A DNA stretch of 64,000 nt from a bacterium UBP14_UBA6098 (GTDB lineage Bacteria > UBP14 > UBA6098), in assembly GCA_002428525.1 (NCBI GenBank), contig DIWU01000032.1, positions 1,269-65,268 of the forward strand, read 5' to 3'. This document shows, one piece after another, positions 57,801-64,000 of this stretch. A model generated the notes under the pieces. The model saw only the letters and a program-made list of their open reading frames with translations, was not told the origin of the DNA and made no database searches. A program made the position numbers and the translations under genes. Within the stretch, counting starts at the first letter, position 1, and each line of letters starts with the position of its first letter.

Positions 57801-59474
57801 TTAGCGCTCATAGCTCGCGGGAAGCTCGATATAGAAGGCACAACCCTCACCGAGAGTCGATTCGACCCAAACCTTGCCGGCGTGCTTCTCGACAATCTTC
57901 TTCACAACGGATAGCCCCAAACCTTCGCCGTTGCCGGAATTGGTGTCGATCTTGTAGAACAAAAGGAAGATGTCCTCGATCTTATCCTTTGGAATTCCAA
58001 TTCCGTCATCGCGGACACAATAGACTACTCGCTTCCCCTTTTTCTTTCCGCTGATCCATATATGGCCTTGCTTTTCCGGCTTTTGGAACTTTATCGAGTT
58101 CTCGATGAGGTTCGAGAAGACCTGTGTGATCTTCGCCTTGTCGGCCACACAGGGCGGAAGTGTTTCGAGGTCGAAACTCAATCCTGTCTCGCCGATATGG
58201 AACATCGCGGAATCGAGGATTTTTCGGACAATTTCGGTCATATCGACCAGCTCGAGATTCAACTCTTGGCGTCCGGTTCGCGAATAAACAAGCAGGGCAT
58301 CGAGCATCAACTGAATCCTGTCAACACCCGAGGACATGAACTTGAGCGACGAGAGGATATCCTCGTCGATGAGGAATTTGATCTCGCTCGCGTTTTCGCC
58401 TAAATCGATATCCTCTGATTCGAGGTGCGAGATTATGCTCTTGAGGGCCAATGCGATCTCGTGGCTGAAGCCGGCGATGGTCACGAGCGGGGTTCGCATA
58501 TCGTGGGATGCGACGAAGATTATCTGCTCGAGTTCTCGATTTTTCTCTTTAAGCTCGATATTTGCGCGGTCGAGTTTTTCCTCGGCGGCCTTTCTCTCCT
58601 CGATCTCGCGCTTCAAGTCGTCCATAAGGTTGAGCATCGAGCGCTGAATCGTCCGCAGTTCTTCATTCGCGAGGTGAAGCTCGGTGCTCCTTTTTTTCTC
58701 GATCTCAGCGATATGCGAGGCCTTCTCGCGAAGGGATTTTATCTCGCCGAGCTTGCCAATCCATCCCGCGAGTGCTTCGATGAAGACCGCCTCGTGCTCA
58801 TCTATAAGCGGGCGTTCGCATTCCTCATCGACTGCAACCTCGATCTCGCCGACCTTGTTGCCATATTCGAGGATATCGTATTTGAAATGACTTTGTGCAT
58901 TTTCGACAAGGCCGCTCTCGAATTGGTTGAATTTGTAGGAGATTTTAAAATAGACATCTTCGGGGCAGTGAAAGAGCGCGGGCAGGTTTTCCACTATCGA
59001 GTCGAAGATATCCATCTCTGTGGTGTCGGCGGCCATCGCCAAATCGGCGATCTCGTATATACAGCGCTTCCGATCACAGGCGAATTCGAGCTGTTCTCGG
59101 GGGATCGGTTCGGTTTTTCGAACGAAACACCAAATCTCGGGGGGATTCCCCGACTCGCTGAGAATCGAGATCGCAAAGACCTCTGCGGGAAACTCCGCAC
59201 CGTCCGATTTGTCAAATCCAATCTCGAGCAACTCGGTCTCGGCCTTTCCAGAGCTTAATTCTCGGAGGGCTTTTTCAACGCGCCTCTGAAAGCGCCTCGA
59301 GATCATCTCCAAGAATGAGGCGCCTTCGAGGCTCGAGAGCGCTCTCCCGACCAGCTGAGCGAATACATCGTCCGCCTCGACAACTTCGCCCTCGGCCGAA
59401 AGCCTTAGCGCACCCTCCCGAGGGTTGTGTTTAAGTTTGTCCCAGATTGCATTTTTACTTCGATTATTGATCAT
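57801..59474 (-). CDS. cytoplasmic PAS-domain sensor histidine kinase
   Basis: PAS/GAF-like N-terminal regions are followed by HisKA (ASHDMRTPL) and HATPase_c (NLIENSIKF...GLGLSVVKKIV). Confidence 0.8.
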   Translation of the reverse strand: MINNRSKNAIWDKLKHNPREGALRLSAEGEVVEADDVFAQLVGRALSSLEGASFLEMISRRFQRRVEKALRELSSGKAETELLEIGFDKSDGAEFPAEVFAISILSESGNPPEIWCFVRKTEPIPREQLEFACDRKRCIYEIADLAMAADTTEMDIFDSIVENLPALFHCPEDVYFKISYKFNQFESGLVENAQSHFKYDILEYGNKVGEIEVAVDEECERPLIDEHEAVFIEALAGWIGKLGEIKSLREKASHIAEIEKKRSTELHLANEELRTIQRSMLNLMDDLKREIEERKAAEEKLDRANIELKEKNRELEQIIFVASHDMRTPLVTIAGFSHEIALALKSIISHLESEDIDLGENASEIKFLIDEDILSSLKFMSSGVDRIQLMLDALLVYSRTGRQELNLELVDMTEIVRKILDSAMFHIGETGLSFDLETLPPCVADKAKITQVFSNLIENSIKFQKPEKQGHIWISGKKKGKRVVYCVRDDGIGIPKDKIEDIFLLFYKIDTNSGNGEGLGLSVVKKIVEKHAGKVWVESTLGEGCAFYIELPASYER

Positions 59475-59519
59475 GATCTTTTCAATATAATGTGTTTTTT
59501 CTCGAGAACAAGCGATTTG

Positions 59520-60179
59520 TCAATCGGAGATGGAGTATTTCGGCTTCTCGCCTCTCTCGGTTAGAAACCGGTTAACCTCCTCCTTAAGCTCGATCATCTT
59601 AAGCTCCCTTCCGCTCAAGAAACCGATCACATTCTTAAGATCCTCGATCTTTTCAGCAATCTCGATCCTCGCTTTGCTGATCTCGCACATATCACGAATG
59701 ATCGCGATGACTATTCCCCTGCCGTTTATCGTCCCGAAGGTCGCTTTGATATTCACAGGAAGCTCCGTGCCGTCCGCGCAGACAAGGCTTTCGTTGATAT
59801 CGTTATCCGGAGGCCGGCCGAGCAGTTCCTCGAATCGGGTCCGTGTCTGTTTTGGAGAATACTTTGGGAAAAGCCTGTTAGCGGCCATTTGAGTGAACTC
59901 GTTTTTTGAATAGCCGAATATCTCGACGGCCTCTTTGTTCGTCTCGACTATCGAGAGGGTTTCGAGGTCGATAACGATTATCGCATCCTTAATGGCATCG
60001 AATAGCGAGCGAAACTTGATCTCGCTCTCGACGACCGCCCTTGCGGATCTTTCCCGATTGATAAGCGCAAGAGCGATACAGTATATCCCAAAGGAGACTA
60101 AACCGCCGAATGTTAGTGCCGAAACGATGAATATCATTTTAATAGCGATTTCCATAGTATCCCAGAAACTCCAAGCCAT
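59520..60179 (-). CDS. membrane-anchored PAS domain protein
   Basis: It has one or two N-terminal TM helices and a PAS fold (FRSLFDAIKDAIIVID...). It sits directly upstream of the HK in the same operon. Confidence 0.55.
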   Translation of the reverse strand: MAWSFWDTMEIAIKMIFIVSALTFGGLVSFGIYCIALALINRERSARAVVESEIKFRSLFDAIKDAIIVIDLETLSIVETNKEAVEIFGYSKNEFTQMAANRLFPKYSPKQTRTRFEELLGRPPDNDINESLVCADGTELPVNIKATFGTINGRGIVIAIIRDMCEISKARIEIAEKIEDLKNVIGFLSGRELKMIELKEEVNRFLTERGEKPKYSISD

Positions 60180-60805
60180 AATGTATAGCTGAAAATCAGC
60201 GATACGGTGTTAAGGTTGTAGTTGTCGTTGAAGGATTTGGCGAGGTAGAACGACACTACCATCTGGAAGCAGAAAAAAACAAGGAAACTGAAAGTGATAA
60301 TGAACAACTCGAGGTTCACGCGAAGTGCGTCTCCAATTATAATCTTGCCGAGCACAAAGAAGCATATTCCTGTCTTCACGACCAACGCTAAGAAATCGAC
60401 GATATTCAGCAGATCGAAGGAGTTGGCAATAAGCGTCGCGATCATAGCGATGATCATCAGCTCGGAGATAAGGATAGCGAGCAGTGTCACTGCGGAGTTC
60501 TTAGCGGAGAATTCGGCGGAGATCGAGCCGATGATGAAGAACTCGTAAACCACTATCGCCGTGAAGAATATTGTGAATACAACATTGCTGAAACCGGAGG
60601 CTATCATCGCCATATCCTGCGCGAGTATCGCAGTGAAATAGACGACAAGCATAGCCTCCAGCCTCGGAACAACAGGCCCGTCGCTATTGGAGTGGCGTGT
60701 CGAGAGTGAATTCGACGAAGACAGGGGTTTCCGTCGATCTCTCCTGAACAGCAAAAACCACGAGGCAAGATTAGCGATCACCAGTATTTCGGTGATAACC
60801 GCCAT
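60134..60805 (-). CDS. polytopic membrane protein (about 6 TM), possible sensor membrane module
   Basis: It is hydrophobic throughout. It overlaps the downstream PAS gene by 46 nt in a different frame, so a frameshifted single 7TM-PAS gene is possible. Confidence 0.4.
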   Translation of the reverse strand: MAVITEILVIANLASWFLLFRRDRRKPLSSSNSLSTRHSNSDGPVVPRLEAMLVVYFTAILAQDMAMIASGFSNVVFTIFFTAIVVYEFFIIGSISAEFSAKNSAVTLLAILISELMIIAMIATLIANSFDLLNIVDFLALVVKTGICFFVLGKIIIGDALRVNLELFIITFSFLVFFCFQMVVSFYLAKSFNDNYNLNTVSLIFSYTLWLGVSGILWKSLLK

Positions 60806-60811
60806 TGCGCG

Positions 60812-61270
60812 CTATTCCTCGGATTCTCTTCCGCCCCAACCCTTGGGCTTCCATGCCGATCTCGAGCCTGTAATGGAGATAGGCACTACAGTGCCGGATG
60901 CGGCGTAAATACCGATTGTCGAGATAGTCGAGTTCGGCTCGAGCTTGTAAGTCTGCCCTTGCGCATCCATATACTCGCCATCCCCGACAAAAGAACCGAC
61001 ATAGACCGTTGTCGGGCCGTCGGGAAACTCGACTCGGTTATTGCCTAAAAGCTCTGCGACATACGTTTGGCCGTTGGTGTTTCGAGCCTCGTAGTTCTCA
61101 AGCATCGCTTGGCCTTGCGTGGCGGGCATCCACTGCGAATAGGGAGTTTTATATTCCGTTTCCTTGGGGACTACCGTCAGGTATGCCACCACAGACCTCG
61201 TCTCGGCTTCTTCGGTTGCAATAACCGAGCAGGCAATGGTCGCGAGAATCAAATAGATCAGGCCTTTCAT
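60812..61270 (-). CDS. small secreted hypothetical protein (152 aa)
   Basis: The signal peptide is MKGLIYLILATIACSVIA. It is the first gene of the minus-strand operon. Confidence 0.5.
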   Translation of the reverse strand: MKGLIYLILATIACSVIATEEAETRSVVAYLTVVPKETEYKTPYSQWMPATQGQAMLENYEARNTNGQTYVAELLGNNRVEFPDGPTTVYVGSFVGDGEYMDAQGQTYKLEPNSTISTIGIYAASGTVVPISITGSRSAWKPKGWGGRESEE

Positions 61271-61595
61271 TCAACCTCCTTTAAGTTGTTTTTGGGGATC
61301 ATCCCTTTTGTGATTGAGAGTATAACAATCGTATTTGGGATTTCAAGACAAATCAAATATTACATCGATTATTGTTAATATTTTTAATTAGTATAATTTC
61401 AACAAATATCTATTTAGTGAATTTATTACATTAATATGTGCACATTATCCTTATCTTATTACTTTAACTCCTTGTTTTATAAATATTTTTCATTTTGCTA
61501 TTGAAATATGTTGATAAATATGTATTATGTTTTTAAAATTATACTATGATATGAATATCTAATATTTAGAAAGAATTACAAGAATTGAAGCCTCA
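61271..61595. promoter_or_regulatory. extremely AT-rich (about 20% GC) divergent intergenic control region
   Basis: It lies between the minus-strand signalling operon and the plus-strand receiver genes. It has A/T tracts and multiple TATAAT/TTGATA-like boxes. Confidence 0.5.
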
Positions 61596-62063
61596 ATGAT
61601 GAACCAGAACACGCAAATCGTGATATCCGAAGACAACGACGGCCATGCCGCGCTGATCGAGAGAAACCTGCGTCGAGCAGGTATCAAAAACGATATCATT
61701 CGATTCGAGGACGGGTATAAAACACTCGAATACTTCGCTAAGTTCAAAGAGGACATCGACTTTCGGCCATACAACAGCTTCATTCTAATCCTCGACCTCA
61801 AGATGCCGAAAATCGGCGGAATCGAGGTCCTGAACGAGGTCAAAAAGAGCCTGCTCCTGCGCAAGATCCCAATCATCGTTTTCACGACAACAAACAGCCC
61901 CCAAGAGGTCGATAGATGCTACTCCCTAGGATGTAGCAACTATGTCCAAAAACCGATAGACTACACGGAGTTCGTCAACGCGATCAATCTCATAGGCAAA
62001 TTCCTGCTGGTCAATGAGATGCCCAGCCTCGAAAGAGAGGTTATCTATGATATTTCAAGATAA
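61596..62063 (+). CDS. single-domain CheY-like response regulator receiver
   Basis: The receiver fold has a conserved Asp (ILILDLKMP) and Lys (VQKP). Confidence 0.75.
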   Translation: MMNQNTQIVISEDNDGHAALIERNLRRAGIKNDIIRFEDGYKTLEYFAKFKEDIDFRPYNSFILILDLKMPKIGGIEVLNEVKKSLLLRKIPIIVFTTTNSPQEVDRCYSLGCSNYVQKPIDYTEFVNAINLIGKFLLVNEMPSLEREVIYDISR

Positions 62064-63795
62064 GGCTCAGAAGGCGATTGAGCCGGACAAATGGACCATC
62101 CTTGTCGTCGAGGATGACGAGGGGCTGAACTCTCTCCTTCGAAAGAATCTCGAACGCGCCGGTTTCACCGCCCTTGGCGCGACAACCGCGGAGGGCGCAC
62201 TCGAATTATTTCCAACTAAAAGCGATATACTGGTCATACTCGACTATTGCCTTCCGGAAATGGATGGAATCCGCTTCGTCGAAGAACTCACCAAACGCGA
62301 AAAGGCGGTTCCCTTTCTGGTCCTCACCGGCCAAGGCGACGAGCGAACCGCGGTCGAGATGATGAAGCTCGGAGCGAGGGACTATCTCGTAAAAGAGCCG
62401 AGCATTCTCGAATACCTTCCGGAGAGCGTCGAGAAGGTTATCAGAGACATCGAGACCGAGCGGCGCCTGCGCTTAGCGGAACGGGCACTTGTCGAGAGCG
62501 AGGAAAGATATAGGGCGCTTCTTCAGAACCTGAACGAGGGCGTCGCGGTCTTCAATCGCGAGGGAACTCTTACCTACGCTAATCCCTCCGCGGAGAGCAT
62601 CTTCGGCTTTGAAACAAACTCACAGCTGGGGAAAAACACGGTTGAGTTTCTCTCAGAATCACAGATCGAAGCTGTCAAAAAACAGATTGAAAAATCGGAT
62701 AATAAGTCCGTCTCAAACATCGACCTGATAATCTCAAAACCTGACGGCGAGCCGCGCGATATCATCGCGAGTGTCGTTATGTTGCCCCCTTCGGAAAGCC
62801 GAATCGAGGGCTATTTAGTGACCTTCAGGGATATCACCGAGCGCATTCAAGCGCAGGAGAAGGTTAAATACCTTGCAAAACTCGTCGAGGGCGTTTCCGA
62901 CGCAATTATATCCACCGACTCGGATTTCAATATCGCCTCTTGGAACTCCGCCGCAGAGAAGCTTTACGGTTGGAAGGCCGAGGAGGTGATCGGGAAACCG
63001 ATCGGCGAGGTTTTGAAAACCGAATACCCCGAAAAGAGCGAAGATGAGGAGTTCGGCGAGGTCAATCAGTTGAGCAAATGCGGGAAGAAGATCTTCGCTT
63101 TGCCCTCGGTTTCCTTTCTTCGAGAAAACGGCAAAGAAACTAACGGCATGGTCGTCGTCTATCACGATATCACCGAGCGGCGAAACGCAGAGATCGAGCT
63201 GAAAAAGAGCTTCGAGAAGCTGAAGCAGATCTTCAACAGCGTTGTCGATATCGTGGGACGAATCGTCGAGGTCAGAGACCCCTACACCGCCGGGCACGAG
63301 CGTAGAGTCGCGAAGCTCTCCGTTGCGATCGCCAAGAAAATGGGCCTTACTCAGGACAAGATCGACGCGATTCGAACCTCGGCGCTCGTTCATGATATTG
63401 GAAAAATCTATGTTCCCTCGGAGATACTCAGCAAGCCGGGACGACTCACCAAGCAGGAATTCGACCTCATAAAGGCCCATCCGTTAAAGGGTTATGAGAT
63501 TTTAGAGGCTGTGGAGTTCCCATGGCCGGTCTCGACTATCGTCCTACAACACCATGAGAGACTCGACGGCTCCGGCTATCCCAACGGCCTGAAATCCCCC
63601 GAAATCCTGACCGAGGCGAAGATACTCGCCGTCGCCGATGTCGTCGAGGCTATGTCCTCGCATCGGCCATACAGGCCGGCCCCGGGCGTCGATGCCGCCC
63701 TCGAAGAGGTCATCCAAAACCGAGGCAAGCTGTTCGACCCGCAAGTCGTCGATATATGTCTCAACCTATTGCGAGACAATAGCTTCACTTTTTAA
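62047..63795 (+). CDS. response regulator with receiver, two PAS domains and an HD-GYP c-di-GMP phosphodiesterase domain
   Basis: The N-terminal receiver reads ILVVEDDEG...ILDYCLPEMDG. PAS domains follow. The C-terminal HD-GYP reads HERRVAKLS...LVHDIGK...HHERLDGSGYPNGL. Confidence 0.8.
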   Translation: MIFQDKAQKAIEPDKWTILVVEDDEGLNSLLRKNLERAGFTALGATTAEGALELFPTKSDILVILDYCLPEMDGIRFVEELTKREKAVPFLVLTGQGDERTAVEMMKLGARDYLVKEPSILEYLPESVEKVIRDIETERRLRLAERALVESEERYRALLQNLNEGVAVFNREGTLTYANPSAESIFGFETNSQLGKNTVEFLSESQIEAVKKQIEKSDNKSVSNIDLIISKPDGEPRDIIASVVMLPPSESRIEGYLVTFRDITERIQAQEKVKYLAKLVEGVSDAIISTDSDFNIASWNSAAEKLYGWKAEEVIGKPIGEVLKTEYPEKSEDEEFGEVNQLSKCGKKIFALPSVSFLRENGKETNGMVVVYHDITERRNAEIELKKSFEKLKQIFNSVVDIVGRIVEVRDPYTAGHERRVAKLSVAIAKKMGLTQDKIDAIRTSALVHDIGKIYVPSEILSKPGRLTKQEFDLIKAHPLKGYEILEAVEFPWPVSTIVLQHHERLDGSGYPNGLKSPEILTEAKILAVADVVEAMSSHRPYRPAPGVDAALEEVIQNRGKLFDPQVVDICLNLLRDNSFTF

Positions 63796-63805
63796 AGGAT
63801 TGTCC

Positions 63806-64000
63806 ATGGGCGAAAGCGATCATATCATTCCCTACAGTAACGGCAACGGAAAACCAATTGTAATCGTTGTCGAGGACGATGTCTGCCTCAACCGACTACT
63901 CCAGCGGATTATCGCGCGCTCGGGCTACAAGGTCGCGGGTGCGACAAGCGGCGAGAAGGGCATCGACCTGATCTCCTCGTCGCAAAACAGCTTCCTCGTT
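63806..64000 (+). CDS. response regulator receiver domain protein (5' part, runs off the window)
   Basis: AAAGGA sits before ATG 63806. The visible protein reads PIVIVVEDDVCLNRLLQRIIARSGYKVAGATSGEKGIDL. Confidence 0.65.
   Translation, partial: MGESDHIIPYSNGNGKPIVIVVEDDVCLNRLLQRIIARSGYKVAGATSGEKGIDLISSSQNSFLV

Overview
This 64 kb window is a chromosomal segment of roughly 57% GC from an uncultivated-looking bacterium. Three secreted proteins end in a Por/T9SS type-A C-terminal sorting domain (HPNPFNSA...SGVYF...K), which points to the FCB (Fibrobacteres-Chlorobi-Bacteroidetes) group. However, the genes use Shine-Dalgarno sites and near-consensus sigma70 TTGACA/TATAAT promoters, so the organism is not a classical Bacteroidetes. 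The left part is mostly housekeeping: two minus-strand tRNAs (Tyr, Thr), a ZapB-like/ZapA pair, rny-ymdB, purC, argF, comM/yifB, recD2, gyrA, nadE, and a KpsF/KdsD arabinose-5-phosphate isomerase. From about 16.2 to 29.5 kb there is a surface-glycan locus. It has two Wzx-like flippases, a SAM methyltransferase, an unusual phosphoribosyltransferase-HAD fusion, three GT4 glycosyltransferases, gmd-rmd (GDP-D-rhamnose) and a 927-aa T9SS cargo protein. Inside it, a low-GC (about 38-40%) island at roughly 17.7-22.5 kb has its right boundary inside a GT4 gene. Next come pdxA, a BNR-repeat T9SS cargo protein, an M19 dipeptidase, mgtE with a long leader, cmk-rpsA (S1 with acidic low-complexity extensions), two TSP3-repeat OmpA proteins, rimO, a Pro-rich TPR protein, bamD, nadD and adenine deaminase. 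The right part carries a type IV pilus motor cluster (pilB, a PilT-like ATPase with a GspE-type zinc C-terminus, pilT, pilC, and a PilS-like kinase but no pilin or pilR in the window). Beyond it are a T9SS-tagged esterase, mtgA and a signalling neighbourhood (PAS histidine kinase, TM-PAS protein, membrane protein, CheY-like receivers and a receiver-PAS-HD-GYP phosphodiesterase). Several GC-rich intergenic regions form nested, multi-stem palindromic structures that no CDS explains. A widespread 27-nt hairpin repeat sits in-frame inside the esterase's sorting domain. No CRISPR array, transposase or integrase was seen.
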